Position numbers and translations under genes: made by a program. From an uncultured Chloroflexia bacterium (lineage in GTDB: Bacteria; Chloroflexota; Limnocylindria; Limnocylindrales; CSP1-4): a DNA stretch of 64,000 nucleotides. Numbering within the stretch: the stretch's first letter is position 1; the number at the start of each line of letters is the position of its first letter. The stretch covers positions 480,001-544,000 of the forward strand of contig CAWHXD010000008.1 of NCBI GenBank assembly GCA_963833225.1, written 5' to 3'. Below the pieces are notes generated by a model. It was given only the letters and a program-made list of their open reading frames with translations, was not told the DNA's origin and ran no database searches. Positions 37,271 through 46,830 of this stretch are shown in pieces.

Positions 37271-38329
37271 ATGATCGACGAGGAACCCTTTGGCGAGATC
37301 GCCGGGCGCCCGGCCCGGGCCTTCCGGCTCGACGGCGGGGGCGGGGTCGCGGCCCGCTTCACGGACTACGGCGCCCGCCTCACGGAGCTCCACGTCCCGG
37401 ATCGGGACGGCGTCACGGCCGACATCGTGCTGGGCTTCGACGACGCGGCGGCCTACGCCGCGTGGCCGGTGTACTTCGGGGCCACCGTGGGCCGATATGG
37501 CAACCGGATCCGGCGCGGGCGGTTCACCCTGCTCGGCCGGGACTACGAGGTCGACCACAACGAGGGCGAGCATCATCTCCACGGCGGCAGGCAGGGCTGG
37601 GACAGCCGGTTCTGGGACGCCCAGGTGGACGCGGGCGGCCGCTCGATCACCTTCCGGACCGCCAGCGCCGATGGGGAGATGGGCTTCCCGGGCGCCTGTG
37701 CGGTGCGCAGCACCTATGAGCTCACCGGGAGCACGCTGCGGATCACGATGGAGGCCGTGCCCGACGCCACCACCGTGATCAACATGGTCCACCACTCGTA
37801 CTTCAACCTGGCTGGGCACGCGTCGGGCACCGTGATGGCCCAGGAGATGCGGATCGCCGGCGACTTCTACACGCCGGTCGACCGCGACCTCCTGCCCACG
37901 GGCGAGATCCTCACGCTGGCCGGCACGCCGTTCGACTTCCTGGAGCGGCACCCCATCGGGCAACACCTCGAGGCGCTCGGGGCCGCGGCCGGCAACGCGG
38001 TCGAGGGAGGCACCGGATGGGACCACAACTGGTGCCTGCGAGGGCCCGGGAGCGATGGCCTCATCGAGGCGGCCGAGGTCCATGACCCGGCGTCAGGTCG
38101 CACGCTCCGGGTGCGCAGCACCGAGCCCGGCCTGCAGATGTACACCGGCGGCTACCTCGACGACCAGGTCGCCGGCAAGGGTGGGGCCCGCTACCGCCAG
38201 TACGGGGGCTTCACGCTGGAAACGCAGAAGTTCCCGGACTCGCCCCGGTTCGCCCACTTCCCGACGGCGACGGTGCGCGCCGGCGAGACCTATCGCCACG
38301 TGATGGTGCTGGACTTCTCCGCCGAGTAG
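37271..38329 (+). CDS. galM: Aldose 1-epimerase
   Basis: GRYGNRI, HLHGG, HSYFNL, DHNW, LETQKFPD. Confidence 0.92.
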   Translation: MIDEEPFGEIAGRPARAFRLDGGGGVAARFTDYGARLTELHVPDRDGVTADIVLGFDDAAAYAAWPVYFGATVGRYGNRIRRGRFTLLGRDYEVDHNEGEHHLHGGRQGWDSRFWDAQVDAGGRSITFRTASADGEMGFPGACAVRSTYELTGSTLRITMEAVPDATTVINMVHHSYFNLAGHASGTVMAQEMRIAGDFYTPVDRDLLPTGEILTLAGTPFDFLERHPIGQHLEALGAAAGNAVEGGTGWDHNWCLRGPGSDGLIEAAEVHDPASGRTLRVRSTEPGLQMYTGGYLDDQVAGKGGARYRQYGGFTLETQKFPDSPRFAHFPTATVRAGETYRHVMVLDFSAE

Positions 38330-38380
38330 GGCCCGACGAGGGCAGGGAACGTCGCCGCTCCCGCCAGACGACCCGCGTCG

Positions 38381-38800
38381 CTACCCGACCGACGCGCCCA
38401 GCAGGGACAGGTCCGCCTCATCGCCGGAGAGCCCCCTCGTCACGTAGATCGCACGCAGGATGGCCGCCTCCGAGGCCGGATCGTTGGCCAGCTGCGACTC
38501 CTGGAGGCGGACCTGGTAGTCCAGCACCTCGCGCTGGCTTCGGACGCTGATGTACTCCCCAACCGCCATCGAGAACGCCCCCGCGAGCAGGCCCGCGATG
38601 CCGGCGATCAGCACGACGCCCGCGTCGTTGCCGGCGGCAGCCCCCACGCCCATCACGAGGGCGAGGTTGCTCACCAGGCCGTCCGACGCCCCGAAGACGA
38701 TCGGCCGCACGACCGTTGCGCCCGGCGTGTCATGCGGTCCGGAGGGCGTCACCAGCCGGGCGACGCGAGCGCGGGCGAAACGGAACGGTGACACGGGCAT
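38381..38800 (-). pseudogene. VIT1/CCC1 Fe/Mn transporter, truncated or internally deleted
   Basis: VFGASDGLVS, AGAFSMAVGEYISVRSQRE; 139 aa with the C-terminal TM bundle missing. Confidence 0.7.
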
Positions 38801-38816
38801 GCCGCCTGAGCTGCGG

Positions 38817-39296
38817 CTACTCCGAGATACCGTCGAGGTGCTTCTGGGCTTCGAACAGGTTCAACCCGCTGTCGATCAGGTCGAGCAGCGCCGCCATCGT
38901 GCGCTCCTCCTCGACCTGCTCCTCGATGAACCAGCCGAGGAACTGCAGGGTCCGGTTGTCCCCCGCCTCGCGGGCCGCGTTGGCCAGGGCCTCGAACTGG
39001 GCCGTGACCTTGCGCTCGCTCGCCTGGGCGACCTCGACGGCTGCCCGGGCCGAGCCGTAGGCGGTCGGCGCACCGCCCACCGGCGGGAGCGAGAACTCGA
39101 CCTCGTTGTCGATCAGGAAGCTGATGATCTTCGAGGCATGCTCGGCCTCCTCGGTCCCCTGGTCGTGGAAGAACTTGGCCCAGCCGCCCAGGCTCTCGCG
39201 GGCGAAGTAGAGGGAGATGCCCATGTAGGTCTGGTGGGCGGACAGCTCGCTTGCCACCTGGGCGACGAGGAGCTTGCGGGGGGCGTCGGCGATCAT
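38817..39296 (-). CDS. ftnA: Ferritin
   Basis: ELSAHQTY, EEAEH, ERKVT, FLGWFIEEQVEEE ferroxidase motifs; RBS GAGAGGA. Confidence 0.9.
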   Translation of the reverse strand: MIADAPRKLLVAQVASELSAHQTYMGISLYFARESLGGWAKFFHDQGTEEAEHASKIISFLIDNEVEFSLPPVGGAPTAYGSARAAVEVAQASERKVTAQFEALANAAREAGDNRTLQFLGWFIEEQVEEERTMAALLDLIDSGLNLFEAQKHLDGISE

Positions 39297-39348
39297 CGGT
39301 GTGGTTCCTCTCGGCATGTCGGATGCATGAATCGTACGCGGTGCCGTC

Positions 39349-39639
39349 TCAGACCTCGCGCATGGTGTGCCCGTCGGGCTTCCGGCCGTGGCGGGCGGCA
39401 AGCTCCGCGACAACGGCCTCTGCCACCGCCGCCGCGTCACCGGGCCGGTCCGTCCACTCGGACCACGCGAAGGCCTCGAGATAGTCGTCGGTCCCGGCCA
39501 GGCCCTCACGCATGGTGATCCGGCTCACCTCCTGCATGAACCACCTGGGCATGGGCTGGTTGAGCGTCGCGCCGGCATCGTCGGCAACCTGGAGCTGGGT
39601 GGGAATGTCGCGCCAGGCGAGGACGCGGTAGCGGGCCAT
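39349..39639 (-). CDS. Small 'virulence factor' family protein (WRDIP motif)
   Basis: WRDIPTQ...RWFMQEV...GTDDYLEAFAW. Confidence 0.7.
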   Translation of the reverse strand: MARYRVLAWRDIPTQLQVADDAGATLNQPMPRWFMQEVSRITMREGLAGTDDYLEAFAWSEWTDRPGDAAAVAEAVVAELAARHGRKPDGHTMREV

Positions 39640-39680
39640 CTGGGCCTCCTCGGCTCGGGATCGGTTCTTGCGCGCTCAGA

Positions 39681-40211
39681 TCAGGCCGGGTCGGGCGCCA
39701 GGACGGGGTGGTCAAGACGTCGGGCCAGGTCGTCCTTCTCCGCGTCCGTGAGGTTCCGGTCCAGCACGGCGAGGTACTGCTCCTCCTCGGCGAGATGCAT
39801 CTTCAGCAGAGCGTGGAGCCGGTACAGCGCACGGCGCAGCTCCAGGCCCTCCATCTCGTTCCAGGTGCAGTGGTCCGCGTGGACCCGGTAGGTGCCCAGC
39901 TCCGCGATCAGCGACCGGACGATCTGGTGCTCCTCGCGCATCGGGGCCATGGTGTGGCGCGGGCCCATGATCGCTTCCAGCCGGTCGTACAGGACAGCCT
40001 CAACCGCGTCCTGGTGCGGCAGGTACTGGCCCGCGACGAACCCGTACTCCTCGTTGTACAGCGCGTGCAGCGCCTTGCACTCGACGCGACCCACCATCTC
40101 GGCGAGCGTGAGCAACCGGTCCACGTGCGGCATGAGCAGCGCGTGGTGGGCCTCGCTGGTGGCGCGCAGCGAGAGCAGGCCGGAGCCGGGGTGTGGGCGG
40201 GTGTCGGTCAC
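39681..40211 (-). CDS. Hemerythrin-like (HHE) domain protein
   Basis: HH, HQDAVE, MREEH, HLAEEE; TAGGAT 6 nt before GTG. Confidence 0.8.
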   Translation of the reverse strand: MTDTRPHPGSGLLSLRATSEAHHALLMPHVDRLLTLAEMVGRVECKALHALYNEEYGFVAGQYLPHQDAVEAVLYDRLEAIMGPRHTMAPMREEHQIVRSLIAELGTYRVHADHCTWNEMEGLELRRALYRLHALLKMHLAEEEQYLAVLDRNLTDAEKDDLARRLDHPVLAPDPA

Positions 40212-40227
40212 CCCGGCATCCTAGCCC

Positions 40228-40719
40228 CTATGCCCCGGCGACGGGGTGCGCAAGGGCAGCCGTGACCGCCTCGGCGACGTCCTCGGACACGCCGTGCTCC
40301 ACGATCCGCAGGTAGGCTTCCTCTTCCGCGATGTGCACTTTGAGCAGCGCGTACAGCTGGAACAGCACCCGCCGCAGGGCGAGCGTGCGCCCGAGCGTGA
40401 CCGTGCCAGCGTCCTTGTCGACGAGCGCTCCGAACTCCGCGACCAGGTCACGGATCCGTGCATGCTCGCGACGCATGGGCGCCATCGAGTGCCGGTTCTG
40501 GAACATCCGCTCCAGCTCCGGGTACAGCGCCCGCTCCGCGGCCTCCATGTGGGTCAGGAGCGTGCCGGCAAGGAACCCGCGCAGGTCCGCGATGCCCGCG
40601 AGGGCGCCGTCGGGCTTGGCAACCAGGAAGGCGTCCGCCATGTCCGGGATGCGGTTGACGCGCTCGAGCAACACCTCGTGGTGCGCGTGGGCGGCCTGGG
40701 GGAGAGTCTGCGAGGTCAT
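40228..40719 (-). CDS. Hemerythrin-like (HHE) domain protein
   Basis: HHE, HMEAAERALYP, MRREH, HIAEEE; ATGA overlap with the qmoC-like stop. Confidence 0.85.
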   Translation of the reverse strand: MTSQTLPQAAHAHHEVLLERVNRIPDMADAFLVAKPDGALAGIADLRGFLAGTLLTHMEAAERALYPELERMFQNRHSMAPMRREHARIRDLVAEFGALVDKDAGTVTLGRTLALRRVLFQLYALLKVHIAEEEAYLRIVEHGVSEDVAEAVTAALAHPVAGA

Positions 40720-41946
40720 GCCTTGGCTCCTTCCTTGGGCTGGCGCGACAGGGCGACGAAGAACAGGGCCACGGGCCGGTACACGGCGTGGGCGAGCTTC
40801 ATGAACGGCGCCAGGAGCACGAGCTCCATCGCGACCGCGACATGGACCAGGAACATCCAGTAGCCCCAGACCGGAGCGCCGGGGAGATACAGCGCAAGCT
40901 CGATGGCGAAGCCGGTCACGGCAGTCACCCAGAGCAGCGCAAGCAGCAGCCAGTCCGCGGTCGTCGAGCTCCGGACGCTGCGGCTCGCGGCTCGATAGCG
41001 GTCGATGATCAGGACGGTGGCGCCGTACACCAGCGACGCGCCGGCGACCGTGCCCAGCAGGCGCACGGGGTACCAGATCGGCACCGGGGTCCCGGTCTCC
41101 TTGATCCCGACCAGGGCCAGGCCGTAGTCGAGGCCGGTGGCCGCGAGCAGTCCCAGGAAGCCCCACACGACCAGCGCATGGACCAGCCAGCGGCGGCGGT
41201 ACCAGGGCACGGCGGCCGCGACGGCGTCGGCCTCGCACTCATCCCGGAAGCGGACCTGGGCGAGCGACTCCCGCGCGATCGAGGACCACAGCGCGCGTCC
41301 GGTGCGGACGAGCGCCGCCCGGGAGCCCAGCACGGATCGTGGGCTCTCGCCCTCCCGGCGGGCGATGCCGCGGGCCATGGACGCGATCCCGACGAGGCCC
41401 GGCGAGGACGACGATGACCATCAGCCCGATGCCCAGGTTGTGGATGAGCTCGGACGGGATCCATTCGAAGATCGCGAGCGTGGTCTGGTCCATCGGGCCA
41501 CGCGCCGAGAGCATGAACGCGGCGAAGAACACCGCGAGCAGCACGGCGACCACGGTCGCAAGGACGGGCCGGGTGTACATCGTGGCGGCCAGCCGGGTGC
41601 GGTCATAGCTGGCGATCGCATAGCGGCGGGTCGCCGCCATGAACTCGGACGGGTCGGCCTGCGTGGGACAGGTGTCGGCGCACTCGCCGCACTGGTAGCA
41701 CGCCCAGAGCTCCTTGGAGCTCAGGAGCGCGTCCTTCATGCCCAGCTGCGCGTAGCGGATGATCCGCCTCGGGAACGTGCCGTCGGTCTGGGCCATCGGG
41801 CAGGTCGCCGAGCAGGTCCCGCACGAGAAGCAGGCGCTGATGTCGGTGGCGCCGTAGCGCTGGATCTCCGGGTACAGCCCCAGGTCCAGGCGGACGGCGG
41901 TGGAGGCGGCCGGCGTGGTGCCGGCGGGAATGGTGGTCGCGGTCAT
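40716..41946 (-). CDS. QmoC-like subunit: HdrC-type 2x[4Fe-4S] domain plus cytochrome b membrane domain (frameshift near 41399)
   Basis: CFSCGTCSATCP, FPRRIIRYAQLG, CYQCGECADTCP; TM His in ELIHN, LVHAL, LVHVA, KLAHAVYRP. Confidence 0.85.
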
Positions 41947-42191
41947 CAGTGGTCCCGCCCGGTGGGCTCATAGAGGAAGTAGCCGTCAGCGTCGGAGCCC
42001 TTGATCTCCGCCAGCCATCCGTAGCGGCGCATGCCCATGACCCAGAACACGGTCTCGTGCGTCGGGGCATGGATCGCGTCGGCGATCTGGGGCACGGTGA
42101 GCGGGCCATCGGCGAGCGCGGCGAGGATTCTCGGGCGCATGACGGGCTCCTCGCGGATCACCTCGCGCGGGTCCCGGTTGGCGACAGGCAT
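41946..42191 (-). CDS. Small winged-helix protein within the Hdr/Qmo-like operon
   Basis: ILAALADGPLTVPQIADAI...MRRYGWL; start and stop overlap both neighbours. Confidence 0.75.
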   Translation of the reverse strand: MPVANRDPREVIREEPVMRPRILAALADGPLTVPQIADAIHAPTHETVFWVMGMRRYGWLAEIKGSDADGYFLYEPTGRDH

Positions 42192-44056
42192 CAGACGGGC
42201 ACCTCCACGAGGGCTTCGATCATCGAGGTGATCTCGAGGTCGGTGTAGCCGAGCAGGTCGATCGCGTTCTCGGGGCAGATCGGCACGCAGCCGCCACAGC
42301 CCTTGCAGCCGGTGGGGCTGATGACCGCAAAGTGCCGGTCACCCTCCTCGGCCATGGAGATCGCGTCGTAGGGACAGGCCGTGAGGCAGTCGCCGCAGGC
42401 CGTGCAGGCCTCTGGGGCCACGATGGCGACCAGCGGGTCGAGCTCGGTGAACCCCTTCTTGAGGACCGCCGCGCTCTGGGTCACGGCGGCGAGGCCGGAC
42501 ATGACCGATTCGGCGGACGTCTTGGGCCCCTGGCAGGTGCCGGCGATGAGCACGCCGTCCACCACGGTCTCGACCGGGCGCAGCTTGGGGTGGATCTCGT
42601 TGAAGAACCCGTCACTGCCCGCGGGGAGCTTGAGGATGTCCACCAGGCCCTGGTTCTCACGCGGGACCATGCCCGTGACCAGGACCACCAGGTCCACCGG
42701 AAGCGCAAGCTCCGTCCGCTCGGTGAGCAGGTCACGCACCGTGACGGTCAGCGTCCCGTCGGGCCCGGTGGCGACCGCGGGGGGCTCGTCGTTGTCGAAC
42801 TTGAGGAAGACCGATCCCCGGTCACGGGCCTCGGTGTAGAGCGGCTCGAACTTGCCGTACGTCCGCATGTCCCGGTAGAGGTGGTACTGGCGGATCGACG
42901 GGTCCAGGCCGGAGACCTGCACGGCCGTCTGCACGGTTGCCGTGCAGCAGAACCGGGAGCAGTACTCGTTCGCGCAGCCGGCCGTGCTGCGGCTGCCCAC
43001 GCAGTACACGTAGGCGACGCCGCGGACGGGCCGGCCATGCCAGCTGAGCGGGTTCCCGCTGGCTCCGTCGACCAGCGCCTTGAACTCGGATAGCGTCACC
43101 ACACCGTCGATGCCGTAACCGAGCTCGCCCTCGTCGGGCCGGTACTCGTCGAAGCCGGTGGCGACCACGATCGATCCGACCGCCACCTCGATGGTGCCCG
43201 AGCCCTCGCCGCCGATCCGGACGGTGACCCGGTAGTTGCCAAAGCTGCCGGCCTTGCCGACCAGCTCCGCGCCCGTGAGCACCGTGATCGCCGGCCGGCG
43301 TCGAACCTCGGCGACGAGGCCGTCGATCAGCTCGCTGCCCTTGCGATCGTGGGGGAACATCGAGCCGAAGCCACGGACCCAGCCGCCGAGCTCGAGCTCG
43401 CGCTCGACCAGGGTCACCTGGAGGCCGATGTCCGCGAGGCCGACGGCCGCGCGGAGCCCGGCGATACCGCCGCCGATGACCAGCGTGTGCGGGATGGTCT
43501 CGACGACCATCGGCTCGAGCGGGACGGTGTTCCGGGTGCGCCCGATGCCGGCCCTGACGAGGGCCGTGGCCTTGGCCGTGGCGCCCTCCGGGTCGTCGGT
43601 GTGGACCCACGAGCACTGCTCGCGGATGTTGACCTGGGTGTACTCGTAGGGGTTGAGGCCGGCGCGGGACGCCACGCCCCGGAACGTGTAGGTATGCAGC
43701 TTGGGCGAGCAGGACGCGACGACCAGGCCGTCAAGTCCGTTCGTCTCGATGTCGGCGGCGATGTCCTGCTGGGTGGCGTCGGAGCAGGCGAACATCGCGG
43801 TCCGCGAGACGACGACGTCGCCGTCGTCCCGGATGCCGTCGATGACCTTCTCCACGTCGACGTAGTCGCTGATGTTGCCGCCGCAGTGGCAGACATAGAC
43901 GCCGATCCTCCGGCCCGTCTGGACGCCCACGCCTTCGTTGTCGCCTGCGCGCGGTCGCTCACGCACGCCGGAAGTGCGCTCGCTCGCGTGCTCGGCTCCG
44001 CCTTGGCCTGGACGCCCGGCCGGGCCGACGAGGTCGATCCCCTGCTGCTCGCTCAT
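42191..44056 (-). CDS. hdrA: HdrA/QmoB-like flavoprotein with C-terminal ferredoxin domain (no fused MvhD)
   Basis: VYVCHCGGNI, CSP, NIREQCSWVH, GGGIAG, CVGSR..CSRFCC, HPKLRPVET, two CxxCxxCxxxC. Confidence 0.9.
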   Translation of the reverse strand: MSEQQGIDLVGPAGRPGQGGAEHASERTSGVRERPRAGDNEGVGVQTGRRIGVYVCHCGGNISDYVDVEKVIDGIRDDGDVVVSRTAMFACSDATQQDIAADIETNGLDGLVVASCSPKLHTYTFRGVASRAGLNPYEYTQVNIREQCSWVHTDDPEGATAKATALVRAGIGRTRNTVPLEPMVVETIPHTLVIGGGIAGLRAAVGLADIGLQVTLVERELELGGWVRGFGSMFPHDRKGSELIDGLVAEVRRRPAITVLTGAELVGKAGSFGNYRVTVRIGGEGSGTIEVAVGSIVVATGFDEYRPDEGELGYGIDGVVTLSEFKALVDGASGNPLSWHGRPVRGVAYVYCVGSRSTAGCANEYCSRFCCTATVQTAVQVSGLDPSIRQYHLYRDMRTYGKFEPLYTEARDRGSVFLKFDNDEPPAVATGPDGTLTVTVRDLLTERTELALPVDLVVLVTGMVPRENQGLVDILKLPAGSDGFFNEIHPKLRPVETVVDGVLIAGTCQGPKTSAESVMSGLAAVTQSAAVLKKGFTELDPLVAIVAPEACTACGDCLTACPYDAISMAEEGDRHFAVISPTGCKGCGGCVPICPENAIDLLGYTDLEITSMIEALVEVPV

Positions 44057-46830
44057 GCCGGCACCAGCTCGATCTGGGGCAGGGGTTTCGAGCGTTCGAG
44101 ATGGGCGGCCACCTGGGCGACGGCGGCGCCGGCGTGCAGGATGGAGTCCGCGATGTCCTTGGCGCCCGAGGCGGCTCCCGCCACGTAGACGCCCGGGATG
44201 CTGGTCTGGCCCGGGTTCACGTCCTCCTCCGGCTCCGCCACCCACTGCCACTCGTCGAGCGCGAGCTCGCCGACGTTGAACAGCCGTTCGGCGTCCCTGT
44301 TTGGCTGGACGCCCACCGCGAGGACGACCAGGTCGTACTCGGCCTTGGTGATGGCGCCACCGTTCTCGATGTCCTCGTAGGTGAGGATCAGGTTCCCCTC
44401 GGGGGTCTCGGTGACATCGGCGACACGGCCCTTCACGTAGCTGGCACCCATCGCCTTCGCCTGCTCGTAGAACTCGTCATAGCGCTTGCCCGGCGCCCGG
44501 ATGTCCATGTAGTGGACGGTGACGTCGGCCAGCGGCAGCGCGCCCATCAGCAGCTGGTTCTGCTTGATGGAGTACATGCAGCAGAACCGCGAGCACAGGG
44601 GGTTGCCCACCGTCTGGTCACGTGAGCCGGTGCACAGGATGTAGGCGATCCGCTCGGGGACCTTGCCGTCGCCCGGGCGCAGGATCGTGTTGAACGGCCG
44701 GGTGGGCGCCAGGAGGCGGTCCATCTGCATGCCGGTGATCACGTTCTTGTAGAGGCCGTAGCCGTACTCCGGCTTGAGGTCGGCCGGGAACAGCTTGAAG
44801 CCGGTCGAGACGACGACCGCTCCAACCCGGACCTCGAGCTCCTCGTCGTGGGCGCGCAGGTCGATGCATCCATCGACGGGGCATGCGCTGACGCACTCGC
44901 CGCACTCGGAGCAGGTGGCGCAGTCGAGGCACCGGCCGGCGGCCCGGCGGGCCTCCGCCTCGGTGAGCGGGGCCTCGACCTCCCGGAAGTCGGCCGGGGC
45001 CGGCTGGAGGTCCATGCCATTGGGGGTCTCGGCAGCGATCGCGTAGGCCTTCTGGCGAGCCAGGACGGCCTCCTTGTCCACCACCGGGAGGCGGGTGTCC
45101 CAGTCGTCGAATGCCCGTCCCGACAGCCATGCGTCGATCTGGTGGGCGGCCTTCCGGCCCTCCCCCACCGCTCGCGTGATGTCGGTCGGCCCGTTGACCG
45201 CGTCGCCCGCGGCAAACACGTGCTCGACGGCGGTCTGGCAGGTTGCCGTGTCGCTCGCGAGTCGCCCGTTGGGCAGCACCGCAACCCGGTCGCCGAAGGC
45301 GGCCGTGTCGGGCTTCATGCCGATGGCGGCGATGACCAGGTCGGCCTCGAGGGTCACCGAGGAACCCGGGATGGGCTCGACGGACTTGCGACCGGAGGCG
45401 TCCGGCGCACCCAGGCGCATCGCGGTGCACCGCAGGCCGGCGACCGCGCCGTCGGCGTTGCCCACGATCTCGGCCGGGGCGACGAGGAGGCGGAACCCGA
45501 CCCCCTCCTTCTCCGCGTCGGCCGACTCCACGTGGTGGGCGGGCATCTCGTCGCGAGAGCGACGGTAGGCCACCGTCACGCTGGCGGCGCCGAGGCGGCG
45601 GGAAACGCGCGCTGCGTCCATGGCGACGTTGCCGCCACCCACCACGACGACCTTCTTGCCGGTCAGGCCCTCGTGCTGGCCGAGATTGACCTTGCGCAGG
45701 AAGGCGGCGGCGCCGACCACGCCCAGGCGATCCTCGCCCGGAACGCCCAGGTCGCTGTCGCGGTGGGTGCCGGTGGCGACCAGCACCGCGTCAAAGCCGT
45801 CGCCCTTGAGCGAGGACGGGTCGCTGACCGCGGTGTTGACGGCGATCTCGACGCCCAGCCCGGTGACGTTCTCGATGTCACGCTCGACGACCGCGTCGGG
45901 CAACCGGTAGCTCGGGATCCCCAGGCGGAGGAACCCGCCGGCGACCGGCGCCGCCTCGAACACCTTGACGCCGTAGCCCAGCCTGGCGAGCTGGAAGGCG
46001 GCGGTCAGGCCGGTAGGCCCGGAGCCCACGATCGCGACGCGCCGGCCGTTGGGCTCGGGGCGCTCCATGCCGTTGTCGCTGCCCGATGCGTCATGCGCAT
46101 CCGAGGCGTAGCGCTTGAGCCTCCGGATCGGGAGCGTTCCCTCGAGGCTGCCGCGGGTGCACTCGCCCTCGCACGGGGCGTAGCAGGCGCGGCCGAGGGT
46201 GCCCACGAGCGGGGTTGCGTCCAGCACCAGCCGGTACGCCTCCTCGTCGAGGCCGCTCCGGATGAGGCTGACGTACCCATGGGCAGAGATGCCGGCCGGG
46301 CAGGCGAACGAGCAGGGCGAGGTCCCCTGGCGGTCGATGACCGCCTTCTTGGGCACGGCCTGCGGGAAGGCGATGTGCGCCGCTCGTCGGGCGACCAGGT
46401 CGGCGTTGAACTGGTCGGGCACCGCGACCGTGCACGCGGTCTCGCACTTCTGGCAGCCGGTGCAGGCGTCGATGTCGACGAACCGCGCCTTGCGCGTCAC
46501 CTTGGCCGTGAACGTGCCGTCGGCCGCGGACCGCACCTGGTCGACGCGGCTGTACGTGTAGGGCGTGATGTTGTCGTGGTGGATCGTCGACGCCATCTTG
46601 GGCGTCGAGATGCAGGACGCGCAGTCGAGGGTCGGGAAGACCTTCGAGAGCAGGATCATCTTGCCGCCGACGGAGGCTTCCTTCTCGACGAGCAGGACCT
46701 TGTAGCCCATGTCCCCGAGCTTGAGGGCGGACTCCATGCCGCCGATGCCGGCTCCGATCACGAGGACGTCGTAGTCGAGCGCGGCCGGGGCCTCGTCGCG
46801 GGTGGCGCAGGTATCGGTCATGTCGGTCAC
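44053..46830 (-). CDS. hdrA: HdrA/QmoA-like flavoprotein with inserted GltD/NfnB-like NAD(P)H module (HdrL-type architecture)
   Basis: GAGIGG, FPTLDCASC, CTGCQKCETAC; insert CSFACPAG, GRACYAPCEGEC, GSGPTG, GGGNVAMDAAR, YRRS; then RCLDC, CTGSRD, CSRFCC. Confidence 0.9.
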   Translation of the reverse strand: MTDMTDTCATRDEAPAALDYDVLVIGAGIGGMESALKLGDMGYKVLLVEKEASVGGKMILLSKVFPTLDCASCISTPKMASTIHHDNITPYTYSRVDQVRSAADGTFTAKVTRKARFVDIDACTGCQKCETACTVAVPDQFNADLVARRAAHIAFPQAVPKKAVIDRQGTSPCSFACPAGISAHGYVSLIRSGLDEEAYRLVLDATPLVGTLGRACYAPCEGECTRGSLEGTLPIRRLKRYASDAHDASGSDNGMERPEPNGRRVAIVGSGPTGLTAAFQLARLGYGVKVFEAAPVAGGFLRLGIPSYRLPDAVVERDIENVTGLGVEIAVNTAVSDPSSLKGDGFDAVLVATGTHRDSDLGVPGEDRLGVVGAAAFLRKVNLGQHEGLTGKKVVVVGGGNVAMDAARVSRRLGAASVTVAYRRSRDEMPAHHVESADAEKEGVGFRLLVAPAEIVGNADGAVAGLRCTAMRLGAPDASGRKSVEPIPGSSVTLEADLVIAAIGMKPDTAAFGDRVAVLPNGRLASDTATCQTAVEHVFAAGDAVNGPTDITRAVGEGRKAAHQIDAWLSGRAFDDWDTRLPVVDKEAVLARQKAYAIAAETPNGMDLQPAPADFREVEAPLTEAEARRAAGRCLDCATCSECGECVSACPVDGCIDLRAHDEELEVRVGAVVVSTGFKLFPADLKPEYGYGLYKNVITGMQMDRLLAPTRPFNTILRPGDGKVPERIAYILCTGSRDQTVGNPLCSRFCCMYSIKQNQLLMGALPLADVTVHYMDIRAPGKRYDEFYEQAKAMGASYVKGRVADVTETPEGNLILTYEDIENGGAITKAEYDLVVLAVGVQPNRDAERLFNVGELALDEWQWVAEPEEDVNPGQTSIPGVYVAGAASGAKDIADSILHAGAAVAQVAAHLERSKPLPQIELVPA

